In this document: one piece after another, positions 1 through 8,780 of the stretch | Layout of the letters: each line of letters opens with the position of its first letter | How positions within the stretch are numbered: the stretch's first letter is position 1 | From: an uncultured Verrucomicrobiae bacterium | Lineage (GTDB): Bacteria; Verrucomicrobiota; Verrucomicrobiia; Chthoniobacterales; JAFAMB01 | Direction: 5' to 3' | Assembly (NCBI GenBank): GCA_963837955.1 | Contig: CAWIPH010000002.1 | Span: 2,464,001 to 2,528,000 of the forward strand | Length of the DNA stretch: 64,000 nucleotides | Notes under the pieces: generated by a model | Database searches by the model: none | The model's input: only the letters and a program-made list of their open reading frames with translations | What the model was told of the DNA's origin: nothing | Program-made: the position numbers and the translations under genes

Positions 1-1626
1 TCAACCGTCTGGCTTTTAGGAGCCGCTGTGGGCTGTCTCCTTCTAATTTCCAGCGCAAACGTGGCTAATCTACTTTTTGCTAGAGCCCTGGAGCGCCACA
101 GAGAAATGACAATTCGCGCGACGCTCGGCGCGTCGCGACTGCGGCTTGCTGGTCAGCTTCTTCTCGAGACCGGGTTTCTTTCGTTACTGGGCGGCATTGT
201 CGGTCTTTTGGTTGCGCTGTTGAGCAGCGCTTTAATTAAGGCGTTCAGCCCAGAATACCTGCGTTCTTTCCAGGAGGTTAGCCTCGATACCAGAGCCCTC
301 GTTTTCATCTTCGGCGTGACGTCACTCGTCTCAGTGTTATCAGGACTGCTCCCGGCGCTGAGTCTTTCTAGGGCGAGTCTCGGTTCTGCACTCAAAGAGC
401 AGGGCGGTCGCGCCGGTACAGTTGGCCCCCAACGGCAAAGAGCGCAATCCATGCTGGTCGCAGGCCAGGTTGCTCTCGCCTGCGTATTGCTCATCGGGGC
501 AGGCCTACTCGTTCGTAGTTTTTTGGCGACTCAAAGTCTTCCGCTCGGGTTCAACCCACATCACCTCCTAACTGCTGACATCAATCCCACGAGCAAAAAG
601 TACGCGGACATGGGCCGTCTTCGGAACTTGTTCGATGCGGTATTGGAAAAAGCTCAGCAGCTGCCCGGGGTTACCGATGCGGCAATGAACTCGGAACAAC
701 CGTTTGAGTTCACTTTTGGCGACCCGAATTCTCCCTTTTGGATACCTGAGAAATCCGATCCCGAACCGGGAAAAGAACCCACGATGTGCGCGCAGGAAAT
801 TTCCCCTGGATACTTCAGAACGCTGCAGATCCCTTTGTTGAAAGGGCGCGACTTCGATGCGGCAGATCGAGCCGGCGGTCAGAACGTCGTCATTGTCGAT
901 GAGGCTCTAGCGCAACGCTTTTTTCCCGGTGAGGACTCGATCGGTAAACAGATTCAGACCCGCGGAGCATCGGACGGCAAGAAGACTTGGACGATTGTGG
1001 GTGTGGCCCAAGGCTCCCGACACAACAGTCCCGACCATCCGCTTGCGCAATTTCAAACCTATTTTCCATACAGTCAGCGAGACAACCTTTATCGGCAATT
1101 TCTGCTCTTACGTAGCACGGGCGATCCTACGGTATTAGTCCAGGCCGTCCGGAAACTTGTTGCGGAAGTCGATCCAGAGGTGCCTGTAACCCAGTTCACG
1201 AGCTTTGATGACCTAATTGCTGATAGATTTTGGGCGCGCCGGCTGGGGGTACTGCTGGTCAGCATCTTCTCCGGAGCCGCATTGTTCCTGTCGGCAGTTG
1301 GCTTATATGGCGTATTAGCCTATTCGGTCGGCCAACGAAGACGCGAGATCGGTGTCCGGATCGCTCTGGGTGCACAGGCATCCAACATTCTACGGTTGGT
1401 CATTCGGCGAGGGCTCAAGCTGGTCGGTGTTGGCCTCCTCGTTGGCATTATGGCCGCGCTTATCTTTGTCCGCTTCATCGAGAGTATTCTTTATGGAGTA
1501 TCAGGCACCGATCCGATCACGCTCGGGCTGGCTGTTCTCGTCCTCGGACTAGCGGCGTTAGTAGCTTGTTTGCTACCGGCGTTGCGGGCAACGCGGATTA
1601 ACCCGATAACGGCGCTCCGAGAATGA
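1..1626 (+). CDS. MacB/FtsX-type ABC permease (ADOP-like duplicated orphan permease), 5' partial
   Basis: Frame is open from base 1. Two FtsX-type motifs (ANVANLLFARALERHREMTIRATLGASR; GLYGVLAYSVGQRRREIGVRIALGA), a periplasmic MacB domain, and C-terminal PALRATRINPITALRE. Confidence 0.93.
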   Translation, partial: STVWLLGAAVGCLLLISSANVANLLFARALERHREMTIRATLGASRLRLAGQLLLETGFLSLLGGIVGLLVALLSSALIKAFSPEYLRSFQEVSLDTRALVFIFGVTSLVSVLSGLLPALSLSRASLGSALKEQGGRAGTVGPQRQRAQSMLVAGQVALACVLLIGAGLLVRSFLATQSLPLGFNPHHLLTADINPTSKKYADMGRLRNLFDAVLEKAQQLPGVTDAAMNSEQPFEFTFGDPNSPFWIPEKSDPEPGKEPTMCAQEISPGYFRTLQIPLLKGRDFDAADRAGGQNVVIVDEALAQRFFPGEDSIGKQIQTRGASDGKKTWTIVGVAQGSRHNSPDHPLAQFQTYFPYSQRDNLYRQFLLLRSTGDPTVLVQAVRKLVAEVDPEVPVTQFTSFDDLIADRFWARRLGVLLVSIFSGAALFLSAVGLYGVLAYSVGQRRREIGVRIALGAQASNILRLVIRRGLKLVGVGLLVGIMAALIFVRFIESILYGVSGTDPITLGLAVLVLGLAALVACLLPALRATRINPITALRE

Positions 1627-1700
1627 GAAGGGAAAACGCGGAGAACACAAAAAGGGGCTGAATACAGAAAGATAGAATGGAGAACGCGAGAATCGATAGG

Positions 1701-1787
1701 GTAGCCTAATGCTCCAGCCGCAGGAAATCGGAGCTGATCAAAAAACGGATCGAGGTCGTGGATTCCTGAGCCAGAGGATCAGGCTAC
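1701..1787. repeat. REP-like inverted pair, family A (GTAGCCTGAT...ATCAGGCTAC)
   Basis: gtagcctaatgctccagccgcaggaa ... ttcctgagccagaggatcaggctac; same family at 2643, 4054 and 62621. Confidence 0.75.
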
Positions 1788-1892
1788 TCTACCCGTCACA
1801 ACGCGCAGCGGCCCCGAGTACGAGAAGACCTGATAAGTTGTAACTCGCAGCCTGCAACTTGCAACGTGTAACCTGCAGCCCTCAACCACCGC

Positions 1893-2573
1893 ATGATCAC
1901 ACTGAAAAACATCGAGAAATGTTACAAATTGAAGGGCGGTTTTTATTACGTCCTCCAACAAATCAGCTTCACGATAGAGGAGGGGGAATTTGTATCGATT
2001 ATGGGTCCTTCGGGAGCCGGTAAATCAACACTTCTCCATATCCTTGGTTTGCATGATGCAAATTGGGAAGGGGAGTATCATTTACTGGGTCAGCAGGTAC
2101 ACAAGTTGCCTCCCAAAGAACGGCTGGCGTTGCAGAAGAAACATACCGGGTTCGTGTTTCAGTCCTATCATCTGCTCGACGATCTTACGGTGTACGAAAA
2201 CATCGAACTGCCGTTGGCATATCGCGATGTACCGAAAAAAGAACGTGAATCGATTGTCTGTGATGCGCTGGACAAATTCAACATCGTGGGAAAACGCGAT
2301 CTTTTTCCGGCGCAGCTTTCGGGCGGCCAACAGCAGCTTGTTGGCGTCGTGCGAGCGACGGTAGCGAAGCCTGAATTACTCCTGGCGGACGAACCGACTG
2401 GTAATCTGCATTCGGATCAAGCCAAAGAAATCATGGAACTGTTTCGGAAGCTGAATGCCGCCGGTACGACGATCGTTCAGGTTACCCATTCCGAAACGAA
2501 CGCCAGTTACGGAAAGCGGATCATACGGCTCAAGGATGGGTGGATGGAACGCGGCGGCAGCGGCGGCCCGTAG
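1893..2573 (+). CDS. ABC transporter ATP-binding protein (LolD/MacB type)
   Basis: Walker [10 protein letters not shown], signature LSGGQQQ, Walker [13 protein letters not shown]-loop VTH; next to a MacB-type permease. Confidence 0.95.
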   Translation: MITLKNIEKCYKLKGGFYYVLQQISFTIEEGEFVSIMGPSGAGKSTLLHILGLHDANWEGEYHLLGQQVHKLPPKERLALQKKHTGFVFQSYHLLDDLTVYENIELPLAYRDVPKKERESIVCDALDKFNIVGKRDLFPAQLSGGQQQLVGVVRATVAKPELLLADEPTGNLHSDQAKEIMELFRKLNAAGTTIVQVTHSETNASYGKRIIRLKDGWMERGGSGGP

Positions 2574-2642
2574 CCCATAGCCAAGAGCAGATAGCAAATG
2601 CCAGCCGCCGGATGACAGATGACAGATTGGAGCGAAAGCCGA

Positions 2643-2708
2643 GTAGCCTGATGCTCCGCCTCAGGAATCCAAGACGCGCCAATTTCCTGAGGCGGAGCAT
2701 CAGGCTAC
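2643..2708. repeat. REP-like hairpin, family A, perfect 25-bp inverted repeat between convergent genes
   Basis: gtagcctgatgctccgcctcaggaa (2643-2667) / ttcctgaggcggagcatcaggctac (2684-2708). Confidence 0.9.
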
Positions 2709-2733
2709 GCTTCCTTTGCTGCGTAATCTGCAG

Positions 2734-3198
2734 TTAAGATTCTCCTCTTGCTGCCCGGTAGACCGACATCTTCAGCCTGTTGCGGTCTCCCACCGCGTGG
2801 CTTAAAAATTGGCCGTTGTTCAACCAGCTATAACGTGATTCTGAGGTCTCGAATTTTGCGACGCCGATCAGATAACTCTCGCCAGGCGCGACCAGCTCGT
2901 TAGCTAACATGCGAGTCAAAGCTCCGTTGCTACCCCACCATTCACCGCGATCAATCATCGAAATCTCGGCGCCGTCGTAGGTTAGAATGTTAATCTGAGT
3001 GACGGTTGAGAGCCGGCCGCTGCTCCCAAAATCACCGATGAGGTGCGCTCTAGTGACTCGACCGTTCAGCCGGGGACCGCTGATGATTCCGTCGGTGCTC
3101 ACGATCCCCTTTTTTATCGCTTCAAGATCCTCCGGCTCTTTTGGAATCAACAGTATAGCAACAAGCTCGACAGCTCTTGGGATCGGGGCATCAGACAT
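2734..3198 (-). CDS. DUF3237-like beta-barrel protein (divergent)
   Basis: GxxSGPRLNGRV, LTxDGAxI and FETSxxRYSWLN motifs typical of DUF3237. Confidence 0.7.
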   Translation of the reverse strand: MSDAPIPRAVELVAILLIPKEPEDLEAIKKGIVSTDGIISGPRLNGRVTRAHLIGDFGSSGRLSTVTQINILTYDGAEISMIDRGEWWGSNGALTRMLANELVAPGESYLIGVAKFETSESRYSWLNNGQFLSHAVGDRNRLKMSVYRAARGES

Positions 3199-3707
3199 AG
3201 AACTTGTTCAGCATCGCGTAAACTCCCCGGGGGCTGGGACGAAACTTGTATTCTGCGAACTTTTCCGGTGTGATCCAGCGAAAGCTTCCGGTGAAGCCAA
3301 TGGGTAGAATGACCACAGAAGCTAGAATTTAGCATCTGGCATCAGCCGTAAATTAACTCGAATTGATGTTCTCGCGCAGACATACGGACGGAGGGGTCGC
3401 GGCCTGTCCGACATCGCCTTGGGCATGTCCTGCTGAACATCCAACGGTATTTGGCGACGTCGGATCGGCGGTGCGCCCTTGCCACCGCGGCAGGTAAGCG
3501 ACCGCCGGGCGGGGCTAGCTGCCGATTGCCGCTCACTTGACTGCATGCTCTGCCGGGCGCAAACGTAAAGCCATGGATGCAGTGCGAGCGGTCCGAGACA
3601 GGATACGCAGCCGATTCCGCATCCTTAATCGAAGAAGGAGTCCAGAATGGTGTCAGATAAATACAGACTCGTGACGCGCCAGATTTTGAACTCTACAAAC
3701 TAGCTTT

Positions 3708-4049
3708 ATGAATAAAATTACTCGGGAGGAGTTAAAGGAGAAGCTTGACCGGAGAGAGAACTTCAAGCTGGTTAATTGTTTGGACGAGTGGGCGTTCCGG
3801 GGTAAGCGCATTCCTGGCTCGACCCGTTTTGAGAGTATGCAGCATGCTTTAGAAACGCTCAATCTTAAGGAGGAGATTGTCGTGTACTGTTCGAATCCCG
3901 GATGCACAGCCAGTGTTTTAGTTTACCAACAGCTCGTCGAGCACGGCTTTCAGGACGTGTGGCACTATGCAGGCGGAGTAGCAGAATGGGAGGATGCCGG
4001 GTTTCCCTTTGAAGGCGACCGCGTCCCTCAGAAGCGTTCCGACGCGTAA
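3708..4049 (+). CDS. Single-domain rhodanese-like protein
   Basis: RIPGS, active-site loop VVYCSNPGC, C-terminal YAGGVAEWEDAGFP. Confidence 0.9.
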   Translation: MNKITREELKEKLDRRENFKLVNCLDEWAFRGKRIPGSTRFESMQHALETLNLKEEIVVYCSNPGCTASVLVYQQLVEHGFQDVWHYAGGVAEWEDAGFPFEGDRVPQKRSDA

Positions 4050-4053
4050 ATCA

Positions 4054-4243
4054 GTAGCCTGATCCTCCCGGCTCAGGAATCAGGGGCGCTGCTGCGATTG
4101 TCAGACTGTGATCAGTGATTGGTGAGAGGGGACGCGAGATTTCTGCCGAGGATTTGCGATGGGCATGCACCATTCACCAATCACGTCTCACCTCTCACAA
4201 TTGCTGCGGCACCTTGGTTCCTGAGCCAGGAGGATCAGGCTAC
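4054..4243. repeat. Family A REP pair enclosing a second (heptamer-flanked) repeat element
   Basis: gtagcctgatcctcccggctcaggaa ... ttcctgagccaggaggatcaggctac; the inner 4114-4199 is homologous (reverse complement) to 21858-21930 and 51663-51720. Confidence 0.8.
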
Positions 4244-4253
4244 TTCAGGCTAC

Positions 4254-5252
4254 TTAAAGCGTGCGAACGGGGATGAATCCCTCGGCGTCTGCCCAAGTTA
4301 ATGGATTGCGCAACGGTTTTCCAAAAGGTTTGCACTCGATCTCAACGATGTCGCCGGGCTGCGTCTGAAAGCCTTCCTGACAACTCAAAATGCTCGCACC
4401 AAAGAAATGGACGTGAACATCTCCCGGCCGGCGAAACATCGGATATTTGAAATGATGATGTTCCAGGTTCGCGATTGAGTGACACATATTGTCTTCGCCT
4501 GTGAGGATGGCGCCGCTCCAGGCTTCCTTTTCGTTTCGCCGGATTCGCACTGTGCCGGCCAGGCTCGAAGGCAGGTCGCCTAGATACAACTCGGGACCAT
4601 ACGAGCAGGAACGTAATTTTGAGTGCGCGAGATAAAGATAGTTCTGTTTTTCCAGCACATGGTCAGCGAACTCATTGCCGAGCGCGTATCCGATCCGAAC
4701 CGGCGTGCCTTCCGGATCAATGAGGTACAATCCAGTTAACTCTGCTTCCTCACCACCATCGTTGGCAAACGCCGGCGATGCGATCGATTGCTCGGGATTA
4801 ACGACACATTGGCCGTCTCCTTTAAAAGCCCATTCCGGTTGCGCACCGGTATCTCCCGGCTTGGGTTTTCCGCCTTCGTATCCGAGACGGAACATCTTCA
4901 TCGAATCCGTCAATTGGTTTGGATCTGCTGCCAGGTTAACGTGCATTGCATCCCGCGATTTGGCGCTGCCGAGATGGGTTAGACCAGTGAGTGAAACCCA
5001 GCATCGAGCCGGATCTGGATGATCAAATGGAACGAGCACCCGTCGATCCCGAATGACTTGATCATATGATTCGGTTCGTTCGGACAGATGCTTCGTGGCC
5101 AGTTCTGCCAGTGTGCTTTGCACGCGAATAGCTTCGTTGGCGAGCTCATACACTGAAGCATACTGACCCAATATCCGAAGGGTCGATTGATCATCGCTCG
5201 GGCTAGCGACCCGGCGATCGCCGCTGAGGTCCAAAAATTGAACGAGGTTCAT
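4254..5252 (-). CDS. gguC: AraD1/GguC family protein (fumarylacetoacetate hydrolase superfamily)
   Basis: DHPDPARCWVSLTGLTHLGSA, QPEWAFKGDG, GYALGNEFADH, YLYLAHSKLR, HVHFFGA. Start moved to ATG 5252 (MNLVQF) because the upstream extension translates repeat DNA. Confidence 0.85.
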   Translation of the reverse strand: MNLVQFLDLSGDRRVASPSDDQSTLRILGQYASVYELANEAIRVQSTLAELATKHLSERTESYDQVIRDRRVLVPFDHPDPARCWVSLTGLTHLGSAKSRDAMHVNLAADPNQLTDSMKMFRLGYEGGKPKPGDTGAQPEWAFKGDGQCVVNPEQSIASPAFANDGGEEAELTGLYLIDPEGTPVRIGYALGNEFADHVLEKQNYLYLAHSKLRSCSYGPELYLGDLPSSLAGTVRIRRNEKEAWSGAILTGEDNMCHSIANLEHHHFKYPMFRRPGDVHVHFFGASILSCQEGFQTQPGDIVEIECKPFGKPLRNPLTWADAEGFIPVRTL

Positions 5253-5281
5253 GAGGAGTAGAAATGACAGATGACAAATGA

Positions 5282-5538
5282 GGAATAGCCGCAAAAGAAC
5301 ACAGAGATCGCAAAGAAAGACAAACAGTAACCGAGAATGGGGGAGTGTCGCGCTACCAGTGACCCTTCTGTCTTCAAGTTTTTCGGCGTAACAAGGTTTA
5401 GTGTTGCTCTCGCTCCTGTAAGGACGCGAAGACGCAAAGAAAGACAAGATACAAAAAACGGAATCCACAATTGGTAGCAGTAACAGTCCAGTTACATTCC
5501 ACCCTTCCTTCCTTTGCGTCTTCGCGTCTTTGCGTGAG
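5282..5538. repeat. Cluster of REP-like purine-rich repeats (AATAGCCGCAAAAGAACACAGAGATCGCAAAG and the GACGCGAAGACGCAAAG/CTTTGCGTCTTCGCGTC inverted pair)
   Basis: 5282-5318 matches 17008-17045 and 18005-18042 (reverse complement). The inverted pair at ~5419-5439 / ~5511-5531 overlaps the end of the GntR gene. Confidence 0.75.
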
Positions 5539-6376
5539 ATTTTGTTCTCCGGGTTCCATCTTCCGTTTTTGCTCGGCCACCGCGGCGTTGTCCATCTACT
5601 CCGATTGGCCGGAGTACTTCGGGCGTTGTCCGTGATGGCTGCAGATCCAAATCTGCAACCGCTGCATCCAGAATCTGCAGGATAGCGGCACGCGCCGCGT
5701 TGGGTTGGCGCAGGCGCACAGCCTCAACCACTTGGCCGTGCAGATGAAGCGCTCGTTCGTGGGCTGAACCAAGATGGGTGGTCAACTCGAATAACGCCCG
5801 CAGAGCCGCACGGATCACGTTAGCCAGTTGAATTAACACATGGTTGTGACTGGCGACCAGAAGCGCTGTGTGGAAATCCAGGTCTGCCTCCGAACATTTT
5901 TGAACGTCATGCGGCGCGTTAGGGGGCAAAGACACGTGCATCCGTTGATAGGCCTCATCCAATCTGGCTAAATCCCTCGGGTTGGCCCGTTCGGCCGCGA
6001 GTTCAGCAGCCGCCGGCTCGATGATAAATCGTGCTTCCATGAGCGATTGAACGAATCGCGGATCATGGAATTCGGAGCCTGCCCAGGCCAACAGATCCGC
6101 ATCGAGCATATTCCACTCGTTAGGGTCGAGCACCTGCGTGCCGACCCGACTCCGGCTCCGGAGCAATCCCTTTGATTCCAGAATTTTTGTTGCCTCCCTG
6201 ATCACCGTGCGGCTAACGCCGTATTGGGCGCAGAGCTCCGATTCTTTTGGTAAGTAAACCAGCGGTTGTATTTCGCCTGACAGGATCCGCCGGGCGAGGG
6301 TGGTGACGACTTCTCGCTGGACCCGCGGTTTGGGTTTGCGGAGCGTTTTGGTCGCGAGAGGTCGCTTAATTTTCAT
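5492..6376 (-). CDS. GntR/FadR family transcriptional regulator (FCD domain)
   Basis: wHTH LPKESELCAQYGVSRTVIREATKILESKGLL; FCD motifs EARFIIEPAAAELAA and ADLDFH. Probable start is ATG 6376. Confidence 0.93.
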   Translation of the reverse strand: MKIKRPLATKTLRKPKPRVQREVVTTLARRILSGEIQPLVYLPKESELCAQYGVSRTVIREATKILESKGLLRSRSRVGTQVLDPNEWNMLDADLLAWAGSEFHDPRFVQSLMEARFIIEPAAAELAAERANPRDLARLDEAYQRMHVSLPPNAPHDVQKCSEADLDFHTALLVASHNHVLIQLANVIRAALRALFELTTHLGSAHERALHLHGQVVEAVRLRQPNAARAAILQILDAAVADLDLQPSRTTPEVLRPIGVDGQRRGGRAKTEDGTRRTKSHAKTRRRKGRKGGM

Positions 6377-6481
6377 AATTCGCTCGCTCGTGGGGGAAAT
6401 GACCCAGGGATTCCCCGGGCGTCGCAAGCAACGCCCCTCCGATCAATAGGGATGCGATCGTACATCAATCGCTCAATTAAA

Positions 6482-6524
6482 TCATATGAAAGGATTGACA
6501 CCACCAAATTTTGCTACCTACTAT
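6482..6524 (+). promoter_or_regulatory. Sigma70-like promoter with an adjacent palindrome (candidate FadR operator)
   Basis: TTGACA (6495-6500)-N18-TACTAT (6519-6524); palindrome TCATATGA at 6482-6489, in the divergent GntR/ABC intergenic region. Confidence 0.55.
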
Positions 6525-6729
6525 GACCTGCGCGTGGTCGGTGACACCCGGCCCCGCCAATTCAGCACACATCCCCCCGGCATCATTGGCCTATGTGGTC
6601 AAAAACGGAGAAAAGAATCAATTCTCTAGCGCTGTCCAGCGTTTTGCAGCCAGCGCGGCCGATGCCGTTCCTCTCAAGATAATATTCAACGCGTAAGTAT
6701 ACGCTCCCCCCAAAGTGAAAAGAAATCTG

Positions 6730-7875
6730 ATGAAAATTACGTTTCTCAGCGGCCGGGTACTGACGATGGTCAGTGCTCTGTCGCTGTCCTGCGGTTTCGC
6801 AATGACGGCGATTGCGGCTGGTCCGCAAATCGTTTCCGGGCCTGGTACCGATGCCGACTGCATGAAACCATGGAGTTCGGACACAAAGTATTTCAAGTTC
6901 CCCAAGAAGGATGGACCCTATCGGATCGCGCTGGTTAACGGCTTTATTGGAAACACCTGGCGTATCCAGATGATCAAGACGGCCAAGGCTTATGCCGAAA
7001 AGGGCGACGTTAAAAGTCAGCTGAAGGAATTCAAAGTAGTCTCGACCGGCGAAGATCTCGCCGCTCAGATAGCTGCCGCGAATAACTTCATCGACTCCGG
7101 CTATGACGCCGTGATCGTCAACGCACTCAACCCTACCGCCTTCGCCCCTGTTGTTAAACGGGCCAATGCCGCAGGCGTTGTGCTCTTGTCTTTTGATAAT
7201 GTGATCGAGTCACCCGACGCCATCGTGGTCAATGTCGATCAAGTCGAGCTCGGCCGGCTGGCTGCTCGTTGGCTGTTGAAGGAAATCAAGGCGGACAGCG
7301 GCAAGCTCCTGGAAGTCCGGGGCCCTTCGGGTAACTCAGTCGACCGCGACCGCCACAACGGTTTTCACGAGGTACTCGACAAGTCAGGAAAAAAGTTTGA
7401 GGTGATCGAAGTGGTCGGCAAATGGGATGACGGAACAGCTCAGAAAGTCACGGCCGACGGGATTGCGGTGCATAAACAATTCGCGGGCGTGTACACACAG
7501 GGTGGTTCTACCGGCACGGTCCAAGCGCTTATCGATGCGCATCATCCAATGATCCCGGTATCCGGCGAGACGGAAAACGGTTATCGAAAGCTGTGCGCGA
7601 AGTACGCCGACCAAGGGCTCCATGGATCGTCTGGTGGTACTGGTCCAGCCCAGGTTGCTGTGACCATTAAAGCGGCCATCCTGGCGCTTCAGGGCAATCC
7701 GGTCCCGCAGGCCATCAGTTTGCCGGTGTCGTACGTTGAGTGGCCCAACATGAAAGAAGGCCAAGATTATTATCCCAGTCTCCAAGACAACTTCTTCGTA
7801 GGAAATTCTTTTCCAGCCTGCAATATCGGCTTCACCGCTGAAGAGATAATGGGCAAGACTGAAGCCAACCAGTGA
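6730..7875 (+). CDS. Sugar ABC transporter substrate-binding protein (RbsB/Peripla_BP_4 type)
   Basis: Signal peptide ending AIA-AGP; NGFIGNTWRIQM, LLEVRGPSGNSVDRDRHNGF; first gene of an ABC operon. Confidence 0.92.
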   Translation: MKITFLSGRVLTMVSALSLSCGFAMTAIAAGPQIVSGPGTDADCMKPWSSDTKYFKFPKKDGPYRIALVNGFIGNTWRIQMIKTAKAYAEKGDVKSQLKEFKVVSTGEDLAAQIAAANNFIDSGYDAVIVNALNPTAFAPVVKRANAAGVVLLSFDNVIESPDAIVVNVDQVELGRLAARWLLKEIKADSGKLLEVRGPSGNSVDRDRHNGFHEVLDKSGKKFEVIEVVGKWDDGTAQKVTADGIAVHKQFAGVYTQGGSTGTVQALIDAHHPMIPVSGETENGYRKLCAKYADQGLHGSSGGTGPAQVAVTIKAAILALQGNPVPQAISLPVSYVEWPNMKEGQDYYPSLQDNFFVGNSFPACNIGFTAEEIMGKTEANQ

Positions 7876-7898
7876 GTCTCGAACGCAAGGCCTCACTT

Positions 7899-8780
7899 CA
7901 ACAGGAGCCCGCAAAGAGAGAGATTTTAAACAAAGAGATCGCAGAGATCTCAAAGAGGGGATTCCGACTTTACCGAGACCTGGGATGCTTCAGAGGGTAC
8001 GGCCATTTGATCCTGTTCTGTGGTCAAGTATCAGTTTCTTTGTGACCTCTGTGAGCTCCTGTTCGAAAAATCTGTGTTCGCGACCTTTTGTGAAACTTGT
8101 TTGGATGGAGCGCGTGGCCTCACCGCAACAGGAGCCCGCAAAGAGAGATTTTAAACAAAGAGATCGCAGAGATCTCAAAGAGGGGATTCCGGCTCTAGCG
8201 AGACCTTGGATTGTTCAAAAGATGTGGCCATTTGATCCTCTTCTAGGGTCAAAAATCACCTCCTTTGTGACCTCTGTGAGCTCCTGTTCAAAAAATCTGT
8301 CTTCGCGACCTTTTGTGAAACTTGTTTCTATGGACCGTGTGGACTCACCTCAACAGGAGCCCGGAAAGAGAGACTTTAAACAAAGAGATCGCAGAGATCT
8401 CAAAGAGGGATTCCGGCTTTGCCAAGACCTGGGATGCTTCAGAGGGTGCCGGCGATTTGATCCTATTCTGGGGTCAAGTATCACTTTCTTTGTGACCTCT
8501 GTGAGCTCCTGTTCAAAAAATCTGTCTTCGCGACCTTTTGTGGAATTGTCTCTATGGAGCGCGCAGCTTTAACTCAACAGGAGCCCGCAAAGAGAGACTT
8601 TAAACAAAGAGATCGCAGAGATCTCAAAGAGGGGATTCCGGCTTTACCAAGACCTGGGATGCTTCAGAGGGTACGGCCATTTGATCCTATTCTGGGGTCA
8701 AGTATCACTTTCTTTGTGACCTCTGTGAGCTCCTGTTGAAAATCTGTCTTCGCGACCTTTTGTGGAACCTGTTTCATATA
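7899..8780. repeat. Tandem array of 4 x ~225-bp MITE/REP-like hairpin units
   Basis: Units start with caacaggagccc at 7899, 8126, 8351 and 8575. Each has ~55-bp imperfect terminal inverted repeats (aaacaaagagatcgcagagatctcaaaga / tctttgtgacctctgtgagctcctgtt). Confidence 0.95.

Noticed and set aside
3200..3700. Possible small genes or ncRNA in the 500-bp gap
   Set aside because: The short ORFs lack motifs and RBS, and I recognise no RNA family; cannot be supported without a covariance search.
5253..5468. N-terminal extension of the AraD1 ORF (404 aa call)
   Set aside because: It translates REP-like repeats (FLCDLCVLLRLF, also seen in the spurious ORF 16903-17250); family similarity starts at MNLVQF.
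7985..8739. ORFs 7985-8572, 7990-8178 and 8554-8739
   Set aside because: They are translations of the tandem repeat; frames break between units and there is no protein-family signal.
7899..8780. Possible CRISPR array
   Set aside because: The period is ~225 bp, the would-be spacers are homologous to each other, and no cas genes are present.
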